Below are positions 29,426 to 39,527 of a stretch of 64,000 nucleotides of DNA, in pieces (the first letter of the stretch is position 1; each line of letters begins with the position of its first letter). The DNA is taken from positions 1,174 through 65,173 of IMG/VR virus record IMGVR_UViG_3300025781_000011; one strand, 5' to 3'. The position numbers and the translations under genes were made by a program. Source of the stretch: a virus (Duplodnaviria; Caudoviricetes). Below the pieces are notes generated by a model. That model saw only the letters and a list, made by a program, of their open reading frames with translations, was not told the DNA's origin and searched no databases.

Positions 29426-32400
29426 ATGATAGTCAATGAATTCGAAAACAGCAAAGAGTATAGATTACAGCAAATTATGCATACTTTAGAAAGTGTACAT
29501 GGTGTTAAATTAGATTTTGATTCTAGTAGTGAAGATGAAATCAGGACCTTAGGCGAAAGCTGTGAAATTATTAAGAACAGCATTGTACATGAGGGTGCAT
29601 TTAACACAGCCATGCAGAATCCAGAATACACCAAGAACATGTTGATCATGGAAGCTGTTAAGATTTACCTAGCTGAAATTGCCCCAAAACGTATGAGCAA
29701 GAAGAAAAAGGCTGTTAAAGAAGGACTAGATCCCGACAATATGGTAAAACTAGCTAACTTTGGTCGTAAGATGATGGACTACGCACAGAATGCTCGTAGC
29801 ACAGACGACAAAGAACTACGTATTCTTAATGCAATTAGTCAGGTTGGTGATAAACTAACACAGGTTGGTACACCATTTGGACCAACTACACTTACTGACA
29901 TTGACAAGAAAGTTATTGAAGTTGCACGTCGTAGAATGTCGGCGCAGAAAGTAGCAGAAACAGTTCCCGGTCAAGAAGTAAAACTACAACCAGGTATGCT
30001 AAAAGTTAAAAAAGATGGTTCGAATCAAGAAGAAGTTATCGATGCTAAGGATCTTGCTAATAAGCAGAAACAAGGCTTTCAGCCAGTTGCCGAAGACGAC
30101 GAACTAGGCATGCTTTACAAGAAGTATGGTATCGACGAAGCAACTGATCAAGACCATGATGGTGATAATGACTTTGCTGACGTTATGATTGCTCGTATGA
30201 TGAAAAGTGGTATGAGCAGAGAAGATGCTATTGCCAAGACCAAAGATAAATCATATAACAAGGAGTCTATGATGGAAGCTAAGAAGCCAGATCTTGAAGC
30301 TCTAAAAAAGAAAAAAGCAGAGCTAGAAGATAAAATGGACAAAATTGTTAAAGATGGCGGAAAAATGTCAAAAACAGATCCGTTACACAAGCAATATGAT
30401 AAAGTATGTGATGATATCAAAGCTGCTAAGAAAAGTTTAAAGGAATCAGCTCACATGGAAAATCACGATGATTATCAAGCAAGCATGGCACGTAGCGAAT
30501 TATATCGCAACACCAAGTATGCTATGGACATGATGAAAATGATTGGTCCAGATGACAGTGTTGTGCCATGGATTGCTACAAACCTAACCAAAGCAGCCGA
30601 AATACTTGATAAAGTATTTCATTACATGGACTATCATATCACATTTGAAAAGCCAGAACCTTCCTCAGATCTTGCAGCAGGTCCTGTAACAGTTGACGAA
30701 GAAGCTGACATGATCCCAGGTGATGATGGCAGTATTGCACGCCAAAACCTAATGATGATCATGGAATACAGTACCAAACTATTCCGCATGATCCATCCTG
30801 GTGATAAACTAGAAGGTTGGGTTGCTATGAAGCTGACAGTTGCTAGCGAAGCAGTCAGCAGTAGCAAGCATCACTTAGACTACGTACAGTTCGAAAAACA
30901 TGCGGGTGACATGATGGGCGAAATGCCTGAAATGCCAGCTGAACCTGTTGCAGAAGGCAAAAAGAAAGCAATCAAGGAAGGAAAAATGGTTACTATTGGT
31001 AACTTACTAATGACCATGATGCTCAACGAAGAACAGGATCTAGCACAAGCTGAAACATTGCTTGCTGCTAAGAGTATGAGTGACGACCTACAGGGTATTG
31101 CCGAGAAGCTTGCTAAGATGGGTGTTGACGACCTTATGCCACTAGTTGATACCATGAAGGAACAGTTTGGTCAAGAAGCTGCTAACGGCTTCAACGAAAC
31201 TGTTAAGGCAGTGATTGATGCAGCTCTTGCTAGCATTACTGATGCTAAAGATACCGCTGACAACGCTATACTTTCTATGCAACAGGGACAAGTCCCGGGT
31301 GTTGCTAGTGACTTAGCTACTGCTGATCTTGCTGCTCCGGCAGGTGACGAAGAGGATATGGGTGACGATTTTGGTGCAACACCTGCTGCGGCTGGTGACG
31401 AAGAAGAGCCATTAGGTCGTGCTAAGAAAGACGAGGAACCAGCTGATCTTGCAGAGGGTCGTATGCCAGCTAGTGTTATCAAGCATAAACAAAAAATTGA
31501 TAATATGAGCAACGCCGAAAAAAAAGAATATTTTTCAGGTAAGTCAGTTGAACAGTTAAAGTCAATGGCTTACAGACACGGACACGGAAAGGATAGCACT
31601 GTTTATTCTAAATTCCATGACGGTAAAACTGGTGTTGACAAGGTAGATGAAGCTTGGGATGCCAAGATGAAGACTGCTGAAAAAGACAAAGGCAAGTGGG
31701 AAGGCTATACAGTAGCTGAGCTAAAGGCTAAGAAAAAGAAGTTAATGGACAAAGAGTCCCGTACTGCTGCTGAGCAAAAAGAAGTAAAGCAGATCAATTT
31801 TGCTCTACGTGCCAAGTCAGGTTGGGGTAAAGTTGCAGAAGGCAAAGACAAAGAAGTAAACAAGGCTAAGAAAAAGGAAGTTGTTCCACCTAAAAGCCGT
31901 GCTAAAGACGTTAAGAGTGCCTTTGATCCACGTACTGATCTAAAGCCTGTTAAGAAAGTTAGCGAAACTGCAAAGCCAGACTTTCCAGATATCGACGGGG
32001 ATAAGGATACAAAAGAGCCTATAAAAAAGGCTGCTGCTGACAAGAAAAAAGCTGATGCTAAGAAGGTCGACGAAGGCAATAAAATGAAGCAGAACTATAT
32101 TGATGCTGCTGCTGAAAAGCTTCCAGGCCTTAAGAAAGCTGGTTGGAAGAAGGACATGACTCCTAAAGCTGGTAAGAAGGCTGAAGATGCTCGTAAAACA
32201 GCAGACAAGCGTATTGCAGGCATGACCAAGGCTGCTATGACCATGAAGGAAGCTACAGATGAGCCAAAGACTTGGAGAGTTTGGGGCGAATATGGTCCTA
32301 CTGCTCATGATAAAGTAGAATACAAAATTAAAGCAGCTACCAAGGAAGAAGCTAAGAAAAAGGGTATCGAAAAGCTCAAGAAGACTATTCATTGGGATAG

Positions 32401-33079
32401 AATTGGTGTAAGCAATGTATATGTTAATAATTCGCCTATTAAAGAGTCCAAGATCAACGAAGTAGCACCTCCAGGCAAGAAGGCTGAGGACTTTATCAGG
32501 AAGAACAAGGCAAGTTTTAAGGATCGTTATGGTAAGCGTTGGGAAGAAGTTCTTTATGCCACAGCATGGAAGAAGTTTGGTCCGAAAAGCGAAAGCTACG
32601 TGAAAGCTGAAGCAATGCTGGAATCAGTACAAGACAAGCGTAAAACACTTGTTAAGGCATTTGATGCTCACAAGGCAAAATATGCTCGTATGGTTAGCGA
32701 AGGCACTGCTGCTGATCCGCTAAAGGCTGGTTATGGGTTAGAAGGTCAAACATTGCTTGATCAAATCAGTGACACTGACAGCATGATTGCCAAGTTAAAG
32801 GAAATGATCCGCACAGAAGTTAAAGCAGGTATGCAGGAGTTGTTTGTTGCAGAACAGAACAGTGAACTTGCTGCGAAGCTAGCTGAGTCAAAGGCTCGTG
32901 CACCATATGGTATACTTTGGAAAGACACTGCCGGTAAGAAGAATCAGAGATTTTTTGAATCAGACGATTTAAGAAAATATTGGATAGATCTTAACCGTGA
33001 CTCATTAATTGAACACAAATTGGTTAATCCAAGTGACTTTGATAAGCGTATAGGATCTTTAACTGCAAAGAAGGGATAA
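29426..33079 (+). CDS. Large charged head/prohead-core-like protein
   Basis: ~1217 aa, K/E/D/A-rich, many (V/L/I/M)xE sites; start 29426 (GGAAGG RBS) or 29399. Confidence 0.75.
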   Translation: MIVNEFENSKEYRLQQIMHTLESVHGVKLDFDSSSEDEIRTLGESCEIIKNSIVHEGAFNTAMQNPEYTKNMLIMEAVKIYLAEIAPKRMSKKKKAVKEGLDPDNMVKLANFGRKMMDYAQNARSTDDKELRILNAISQVGDKLTQVGTPFGPTTLTDIDKKVIEVARRRMSAQKVAETVPGQEVKLQPGMLKVKKDGSNQEEVIDAKDLANKQKQGFQPVAEDDELGMLYKKYGIDEATDQDHDGDNDFADVMIARMMKSGMSREDAIAKTKDKSYNKESMMEAKKPDLEALKKKKAELEDKMDKIVKDGGKMSKTDPLHKQYDKVCDDIKAAKKSLKESAHMENHDDYQASMARSELYRNTKYAMDMMKMIGPDDSVVPWIATNLTKAAEILDKVFHYMDYHITFEKPEPSSDLAAGPVTVDEEADMIPGDDGSIARQNLMMIMEYSTKLFRMIHPGDKLEGWVAMKLTVASEAVSSSKHHLDYVQFEKHAGDMMGEMPEMPAEPVAEGKKKAIKEGKMVTIGNLLMTMMLNEEQDLAQAETLLAAKSMSDDLQGIAEKLAKMGVDDLMPLVDTMKEQFGQEAANGFNETVKAVIDAALASITDAKDTADNAILSMQQGQVPGVASDLATADLAAPAGDEEDMGDDFGATPAAAGDEEEPLGRAKKDEEPADLAEGRMPASVIKHKQKIDNMSNAEKKEYFSGKSVEQLKSMAYRHGHGKDSTVYSKFHDGKTGVDKVDEAWDAKMKTAEKDKGKWEGYTVAELKAKKKKLMDKESRTAAEQKEVKQINFALRAKSGWGKVAEGKDKEVNKAKKKEVVPPKSRAKDVKSAFDPRTDLKPVKKVSETAKPDFPDIDGDKDTKEPIKKAAADKKKADAKKVDEGNKMKQNYIDAAAEKLPGLKKAGWKKDMTPKAGKKAEDARKTADKRIAGMTKAAMTMKEATDEPKTWRVWGEYGPTAHDKVEYKIKAATKEEAKKKGIEKLKKTIHWDRIGVSNVYVNNSPIKESKINEVAPPGKKAEDFIRKNKASFKDRYGKRWEEVLYATAWKKFGPKSESYVKAEAMLESVQDKRKTLVKAFDAHKAKYARMVSEGTAADPLKAGYGLEGQTLLDQISDTDSMIAKLKEMIRTEVKAGMQELFVAEQNSELAAKLAESKARAPYGILWKDTAGKKNQRFFESDDLRKYWIDLNRDSLIEHKLVNPSDFDKRIGSLTAKKG

Positions 33080-33080
33080 T

Positions 33081-33416
33081 ATGCGCTATAGTGAAATTGC
33101 TGCATTACCTGGTACACCGGAAGAAGCTAAAAATGCTATTTTAGACCTTGTTGCGGTGTACCTAGCTAACAATAAAACAGAGATTCCGTTAGATGTAGTG
33201 TTAAAAACACTGCATAGGCAGAATTTTGATGTAGATCGCAGATTAATAATAGATATTATTAAAACTACACCCGCAATCAAACGCATAAGCGGCGATACCA
33301 TATATCTCCAGGGTGAGAACCCAGAAGACGCACTTGGTAAAGATGAAGCTGAAAAAAGCAAAGACAAGGTGAAAGATATGGCCAAAAAGACCATTAAGAA
33401 AGCAGCAGGTGAGTAA
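33081..33416 (+). CDS. Hypothetical protein
   Basis: 111 aa starting MRYSEI. Confidence 0.7.
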   Translation: MRYSEIAALPGTPEEAKNAILDLVAVYLANNKTEIPLDVVLKTLHRQNFDVDRRLIIDIIKTTPAIKRISGDTIYLQGENPEDALGKDEAEKSKDKVKDMAKKTIKKAAGE

Positions 33417-35710
33417 TGGCCAGTTCAAGTATAATGATAACAGCTACAGATGCTAGACAAAATCCAATCAGAGAATCAGTAGTACATGACGAAGCTCGTG
33501 CTATTGAATCAGCTATATTAGAAGCTGTTAAAAACGGATTGTTTGAAGCAACCTTGACAAGTGGGTCACCGATGACTGGAAATGGTGCAGTAACCGCTAC
33601 CGTAAATTCAGTTGATTTAAACACTAATCAAATGTATGTACCTGCTCACTCATTTAAAACAGGTGATATCGTTACTGTAAGTAGCAATACTACTTTACCG
33701 TCACCGTTAAACTCTACAACATTTTATTCAGTTATCTACATAGATGCTGATCACATTAAATTAGCCGGATCATATGCAGATGCTGTTAATTCAATACCGA
33801 TGAGTATTGATTTTGGTGTCGGTGTCACAAACATCAATGTTACAAATTCTGGTAATGGTTATGTGTCAACACCTTCAGTAACAATTAATTCTAGCCCAAC
33901 TGGTAGTACAGCAACCGCAGTTGCCAATCTAATGCCATGGGGAGATGTCGATAGCATATCTGTTCTAAGCTACGGCAGCGGATATACTCGTGTTCCAGAA
34001 GTACAACCAACTTCTCAGGGCACCGGAGTTACAGGACATGCTATTACTTTTATTGTAATTAATGTAAGTGTATCAAGTGGCGGAACTAACTATAGATTAG
34101 GTGATGTACTGAGTGTCGTAGGTGGTACGGGTACACATACTGCTGCAACAGTAACAGTTTCTAGTGTATCAGCTGGAGGTGTTGTAACTGGTATAAATCT
34201 TAGTAACCCTGGTGCGTATACAACAAGTTTACCAACCCTGAGCAGTGTTTCAACAACTGTTTTGCCAGGGGGAGGCACAGGCTGTACTTTAAATTTGGTT
34301 ATGGGAATTGGTTCAATTTCTGTAACATCAGTCGGCACAGTTGGATATGATGCACCACCGGTAGTGTTAATATCGGGTGGGGGTGCTGCGGTTAATGCAA
34401 CAGCAACAGCAATAGTAAGCGGGGGAGCAGTAATTGGATTTACTGTAACTTCTACTGGTAGTGGATATACAAATATCAATGCAAGCATTGCATTATGGTC
34501 AGGATATGGACTATCAGCTAAAGCAGTTATACAACCGACTAGGATAGGTAATATCACAGTTCTCAGTAGTACTAATACCTATACAAATCCCCCAAATGTA
34601 ACCGTAGAAGCAGCCGGCAGTGGTGCAACAATTTCCGCAATATATATGTCAATTGTCAGCGCAATGTTGTCCAGTAGTGGTGGTGGATACAGCGTGGGTG
34701 ACGTACTATTGGTAGCCGGTGGCAGTGGCACTTCTGGTGCATCTATACAGGTTACAACTGTTGGTAATTTTGGAGAAATTTCTAGTTATAATTTAATAAC
34801 AAGCGGACTTTATGATGTATTGCCTATTCTAAATAATAATAGTGTATTAGGCGGCACGGGTAATTCGGCTACATTTAATCTCGCAATTGGTCTCGGACAG
34901 ATTAATATTTCGGCGAGCGGATCAAATTATACATACCCACCAACAGTGATTATTGCCCCAAGTGACAATAATGGAACTGGTGCAGTTGCTAAAGCAGTTT
35001 TAGATACTGCTACATACAGTATAGTTGATCACATAAAGGTATTTTCGGCTGGTAGTGGATATACTGCGGTTCCCAATGTATCAATAACTAGCGGAAGTGG
35101 TGCAACAGCTAACGCTACTATAAGCAATGGTTATGTAACATCAATTACTGTTACCAATGCTGGAGAAAATTACACATCTCCGCCGAATATAATAGTAGAT
35201 TCTGGATCAGTCAGTACAATTGTTTATTTTAAACCAACTGGTATTGACAGAATAGATGTTGTTGAACCAGGAACATACTACACATCGATACCAGAAATTC
35301 AAATAATACCAAACCCTCAAGAACTTAATCCTGCTTCCATAATTCAACCAGCAACAGCTACAACTCTGGGATATGGTGTGAATAATATAGTGGTTACTGA
35401 TGCCGGATCAGGATATGTTAATATACCAAATGTTACAGTTGCAACGCCAACTGGTAATTTCGGTAATGTGGCAACTGCTACAGCTACAATCGGTGCTAGC
35501 ACAGGGACAACTGTTTTAACTCTGTACGATAACAGTAGAGACTACTATAAAGTTTGGAAGAACCAAACCCCTAGCAACACCCTGTATACAAGACCATACC
35601 AAGAAAGAATGGACACAGTTATTGCATACTTTACTAACCTAGGCTACACTATTAATAGACAGACAAATCCTGCAACAGGAAACACAATTCAGTGGTCTGT
35701 AATGTGGTAA
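33416..35710 (+). CDS. Gly/Ser/Thr-rich repeat virion (baseplate/tail) protein
   Basis: Many I.V...GSGYT..P.V.I.......ATA repeats. Confidence 0.75.
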   Translation: MASSSIMITATDARQNPIRESVVHDEARAIESAILEAVKNGLFEATLTSGSPMTGNGAVTATVNSVDLNTNQMYVPAHSFKTGDIVTVSSNTTLPSPLNSTTFYSVIYIDADHIKLAGSYADAVNSIPMSIDFGVGVTNINVTNSGNGYVSTPSVTINSSPTGSTATAVANLMPWGDVDSISVLSYGSGYTRVPEVQPTSQGTGVTGHAITFIVINVSVSSGGTNYRLGDVLSVVGGTGTHTAATVTVSSVSAGGVVTGINLSNPGAYTTSLPTLSSVSTTVLPGGGTGCTLNLVMGIGSISVTSVGTVGYDAPPVVLISGGGAAVNATATAIVSGGAVIGFTVTSTGSGYTNINASIALWSGYGLSAKAVIQPTRIGNITVLSSTNTYTNPPNVTVEAAGSGATISAIYMSIVSAMLSSSGGGYSVGDVLLVAGGSGTSGASIQVTTVGNFGEISSYNLITSGLYDVLPILNNNSVLGGTGNSATFNLAIGLGQINISASGSNYTYPPTVIIAPSDNNGTGAVAKAVLDTATYSIVDHIKVFSAGSGYTAVPNVSITSGSGATANATISNGYVTSITVTNAGENYTSPPNIIVDSGSVSTIVYFKPTGIDRIDVVEPGTYYTSIPEIQIIPNPQELNPASIIQPATATTLGYGVNNIVVTDAGSGYVNIPNVTVATPTGNFGNVATATATIGASTGTTVLTLYDNSRDYYKVWKNQTPSNTLYTRPYQERMDTVIAYFTNLGYTINRQTNPATGNTIQWSVMW

Positions 35711-35713
35711 ACC

Positions 35714-35950
35714 ATGAGAAGTACACTACACGGTCCAGAAGCATTCCTACTCAAAAGTAAAAAACCACACATACAAGAACTAGTCGAACGTGCTAAAACC
35801 ATGACGGAGGACGAGATTCGAGCTCTTCCAGAAAAGTCAGACGTTATAAAAGGCCTGCTCAATATCCGCAAACAAGCAGACCAAACAAGAGCAGCATCAG
35901 TTGCAGAAAAATTAGCAGATATGATGCAAGCCGCTTATAATAAGTCATGA
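35714..35950 (+). CDS. Hypothetical protein
   Basis: 78 aa within the operon. Confidence 0.6.
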   Translation: MRSTLHGPEAFLLKSKKPHIQELVERAKTMTEDEIRALPEKSDVIKGLLNIRKQADQTRAASVAEKLADMMQAAYNKS

Positions 35951-36255
35951 AAACATTTGTCACCAAAGCCGTTAACAGTTTCGTCGATTATATTAAAACA
36001 GATTGGGCTAGTAGCAAAACTAGAACCATTGCCGAAGTTTACAGCTGGATTGCAAGTGCAGTCAGCGGTATAATAGTTTCAAGCACAGTACCGAATCCGC
36101 CGTGGGAAGTATTTTATCCACTGTGGCTAAGCGCACTATTCTGCATGATGTTCTGTTCATACAGCAGAGGTAGCTTTGGTATGTTAGCGTTTAATTTGAG
36201 TTTGTTTTGTATTGATATAACTGGTTACATTAGAATCCTACTAGCAAAGCATTGA
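35947..36255 (+). CDS. Small membrane protein
   Basis: About three hydrophobic segments. Confidence 0.65.
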   Translation: MKTFVTKAVNSFVDYIKTDWASSKTRTIAEVYSWIASAVSGIIVSSTVPNPPWEVFYPLWLSALFCMMFCSYSRGSFGMLAFNLSLFCIDITGYIRILLAKH

Positions 36256-36258
36256 AAC

Positions 36259-36948
36259 ATGGGCGTTAAACTTAATCCACTTTATGAATATAAGAAACTT
36301 GGTAGACACGACGGCGATGGAAACGGTCGAGTCTATGTAGATGAAATTGGTAATAAAATTCCATCAGTTACGACAATTTTGTCGAAAACAAAAGACATTA
36401 CACATTTGATTGCTTGGCGCAAGCGTGTCGGCGAAGATAAAGCCAAACAGATCACCGAAGAAAGTGCCGGACTTGGCACAACTTTTCATAGTCACTTAGA
36501 ATCATACCTTTTGGGACAAGAACGTCCGGGCGGTAATAACTATGGCCGACTTATGGCTAAACGTATGGCTGACACCGTTATTCAAAATGGTTTTATAGAT
36601 GTTGATGAGATTTGGGGAGTTGAATCTCATTTATATTATGACACAATATGGGCAGGTACCACTGATTGTGTTGGCATTTATAAAGGTAAACCAGCTATTA
36701 TCGACTTTAAGACAACAAATAGACCAAAAAAGATTCAATGGATTGAAGATTATTTTTTACAATTATGTGCTTATGCAATGGCACATGATAACACATTTGG
36801 AACAAATATAGATAGAGGTGTTATTTTTATGTGCAGCAGAGATTGTGAGTATCAACAGTTTGAAATTGGTGGATATGAAATGGAAGAATTTAAATTAAAA
36901 TGGTGTCAACGTGTTGACGAATATTATAATAAATTTGTTTTTAAGTAA
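36259..36948 (+). CDS. PD-(D/E)XK exonuclease (RecB/MGME1-like)
   Basis: PSVTTILS, GT.FH..LE, AGTTD, IIDFKT, YFLQLCAYA. Confidence 0.85.
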   Translation: MGVKLNPLYEYKKLGRHDGDGNGRVYVDEIGNKIPSVTTILSKTKDITHLIAWRKRVGEDKAKQITEESAGLGTTFHSHLESYLLGQERPGGNNYGRLMAKRMADTVIQNGFIDVDEIWGVESHLYYDTIWAGTTDCVGIYKGKPAIIDFKTTNRPKKIQWIEDYFLQLCAYAMAHDNTFGTNIDRGVIFMCSRDCEYQQFEIGGYEMEEFKLKWCQRVDEYYNKFVFK

Positions 36949-36967
36949 AAGTATAATAAAATTATGT

Positions 36968-38029
36968 ATGGAAACAGAAACAGATTATACACCTTTTATT
37001 AATAACAAATATACTGACTTATATTTTAAAATAATTGAAAAATCAAAAAATAGAATCATTAATGATTATGTTGAGGTACATCATATCATTCCAGATTGCT
37101 TTTACATTAAAAGATCAAGAAAAGGTCAGAAAGGATGCTTACACGGAGATCCGAATAATAGAATAAATTTAGTTAAACTTCAGGCAAGAGAACATTATAT
37201 ATGCCATTGGTTATTAACCAAAATGGTACCAAATGGACCCATGTACTACAAAATGGAATTAGCATTTGGAAAACTTAAACAAAAAGGAATAGGTCAGAAA
37301 AGGAATTAGAATTCCAGACAGTATGAACGATTAAAATTGGCCACGATAAACGGATTAAAAGGACAACGATGGTACAATAATGGTACAGAAGAACAATTAT
37401 CACATACCCCAATTCAAGGCTGGCAGCTAGGTTGTTTATCTAACGCTTTTAATTGGTACAATAATGGATTGGTTGAAATAACAGCTCAAATATGTCCAAA
37501 TGGTTTTAAGCCGGGAAGATTAAACAGTCCAACTTCAGGAACATTATGGTTCAATAATGGTGTAATTGAATGTATGAACGTTAACTGTCCAGAAGGTTTT
37601 ACGCCCGGTAGACTAGCAAGTAAAATCAAAAATAAAAAGTGGTATAATAACGGATTTGAAGAAGTTCTAAGTGAATCTGTACCAATAGGATGGACACTTG
37701 GGAAAATTAATATAATAGGAAATAACAAAGATAAAAAACTATATAATAACGGAATTGAACAAATATTATCAGTTGATAAACCAGACGGGTTTGTAGAAGG
37801 AGCACTTAAAGGAACTTACGGTAAATCGCGTGGTAAAAAATGGTACACAAATGGTATAAACCAAACATTAGCATACGAATCGCCGAATGGGTGGTACTCA
37901 GGCAGGTGTAAAGGCGGAGCAGTTGGATTGAAATGGTATAATAACGGAAATCTTAATATTATGGCCAAAGAGCAGCCTAACGGATTTATTTCAGGAAAAG
38001 TAAAAAGAAAGCCAGATAGACTGGAGTAA
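36968..38029 (+). pseudogene. HNH (MobE-like) homing endonuclease with seven WYNNG repeats, interrupted by one in-frame TAG
   Basis: ORFs 36911-37309 and 37337-38029 are in the same frame, separated only by TAG 37307-37309; EVHHIIP...NLVKL..REH..CH.LL motif. Confidence 0.75.
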
Positions 38030-38072
38030 CAGAGTATCTGACTATTATACTAAGCATGTATTCAAGGACTGA
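38022..38072 (+). pseudogene. Stranded second copy of the exonuclease 3' end (WSNRVSDYYTKHVFKD*)
   Basis: Aligns without gaps to WCQRVDEYYNKFVFK* at 36901-36948. Confidence 0.75.
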
Positions 38073-38089
38073 TACACTATAAATACCTT

Positions 38090-38593
38090 ATGCGTATCAG
38101 TGAACTTTTAGAAGCCGTTGGAGCCAACCTCTTATACCACAGTGTATACAGTTTTTCTATATTAGAAAAGATCCTACAAAGTGGTAAGATTCTCCCTCGT
38201 GTAGCCACACATGGTTCTGAAATGGGTAGAACTAATCCTGTTATTAGTCTAACTCGCGATCAATTCTATCGCTTCCCTAATTATGAAGGTGCTGCTCAAT
38301 TTGCTATAGATCGTGATGCTTTAAGGAGAGCAGGCATAAAAGTACAACCATTTGGGTGGTCACCTTATTACACGAGCACTCCTAAAGGTAAGGATCCAGA
38401 AAAGGAAGAAGAAGTCTTAGTACCAATCCCTCTTAAACAACCTTTCATAAGTCACATAGAAATCAATCCTGATATCCCACAAGACAAGATACTGCCTAGC
38501 ATTATTAAACTTGCTGCTGAAAGAGGAATACCAATCAGGAGCATGAAATCATATCAAGGTCAGCGTAAAGTATCTAAAGGTTTTACCAACTAG
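38090..38593 (+). CDS. Putative ADP-ribosyltransferase-fold late protein
   Basis: LYH...IL.SG.I...ISLTR...EKEEEV arrangement; TATAAATA at 38078; MRISELLE start. Confidence 0.5.
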   Translation: MRISELLEAVGANLLYHSVYSFSILEKILQSGKILPRVATHGSEMGRTNPVISLTRDQFYRFPNYEGAAQFAIDRDALRRAGIKVQPFGWSPYYTSTPKGKDPEKEEEVLVPIPLKQPFISHIEINPDIPQDKILPSIIKLAAERGIPIRSMKSYQGQRKVSKGFTN

Positions 38594-38841
38594 TCCCATT
38601 TCAATAACCAAAATGTAAAAGCGTCTCTATTTTCAAATTCTAATTGATTCCAAACAACACCCGAATATGCTGGGTGTTTATGTACTTTGATATTATATTC
38701 TTTTTTCATTTCATCTATAAGTTGTTCGTAATATTCTAATCCAACGATACTTTTACGAGTTATACTATTTGCTATATGTCCAAGGCACTTGGTGAAAGGC
38801 TTCTCATATTGTTCAATATCAACTATATAGGACATTATCAA
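38590..38841 (-). CDS. Hypothetical protein
   Basis: 83 aa ending LEFENRDAFTFWLLKW. Confidence 0.6.
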   Translation of the reverse strand: MIMSYIVDIEQYEKPFTKCLGHIANSITRKSIVGLEYYEQLIDEMKKEYNIKVHKHPAYSGVVWNQLEFENRDAFTFWLLKWD

Positions 38842-38859
38842 GAGGTTCCTTGAATTATT

Positions 38860-39060
38860 TTACCACTCGCTATAGTCTGTTAGCAGTTTCCATTGACCAC
38901 TACTACCGTCAACATTTGTAGTGTATACTTTAACAATATTCCCAATACCAGTTGGTTCACCTTCTTCTATGATAATGTTCATAGGTGCAGTTGGTAGTGT
39001 CTTTAACCATTCAACTAGTCTGTTCAATTCATTTGGTGTTATTTGTACCTTGCTGGTCAT
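38860..39060 (-). CDS. Hypothetical protein
   Basis: 66 aa with AAGGAG RBS. Confidence 0.65.
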   Translation of the reverse strand: MTSKVQITPNELNRLVEWLKTLPTAPMNIIIEEGEPTGIGNIVKVYTTNVDGSSGQWKLLTDYSEW

Positions 39061-39107
39061 TTTGTCTCCTTTGTTTATGCGTAGATGGCATTTTGATAAT
39101 TGTAAAT

Positions 39108-39527
39108 TTAAGTCATAGATGATTTAGCTTGCGAAATATGACGACAAAACCTGTTAAATTTACCCGCAACGCAATCACAAACAAATTTATCTCCGTTTAG
39201 TGTAACTGTATACACATTACCTTTACTACCTTCAATAGTCCAGATTCGAACCTGCGGACGATCATCGGGCGCAGCAACGGCTGTTGACCCATCCTGATGT
39301 TTGAGTGCCAGTATCAGTTTACTGTCTAGAATTCTCACAGGAGAATCTGCAATACCAGTCGACAAACAAAAGTCATCTACATCGACCCATTTGAACGGAG
39401 TTAGCACTGTACCTCGGTAAACTGATCTAGAGGGCATACCAGGATAACGAGCACTAACCATAAGAGGATTGGCCATTTCAACTTCGATAACGCTACCAAC
39501 AGCTGGTATTGCAAACGTCGTATTCAT
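39108..39527 (-). CDS. SWIM zinc-finger protein
   Basis: GSKGNVYTV.....CDC.......CRH. Confidence 0.75.
   Translation of the reverse strand: MNTTFAIPAVGSVIEVEMANPLMVSARYPGMPSRSVYRGTVLTPFKWVDVDDFCLSTGIADSPVRILDSKLILALKHQDGSTAVAAPDDRPQVRIWTIEGSKGNVYTVTLNGDKFVCDCVAGKFNRFCRHISQAKSSMT

Noticed and set aside
30148-32392. Several minus-strand ORFs opposite the large head protein, and similar shadows elsewhere
   Set aside because: Antisense frames produced by codon bias, with no RBS or motifs
36259-36948. Cas4 / CRISPR-associated gene
   Set aside because: No clear four-Cys Fe-S arrangement and no cas genes or arrays nearby
37307-37309. Genome-wide TAG reassignment
   Set aside because: Conserved genes are uninterrupted under the standard code and several end in TAG
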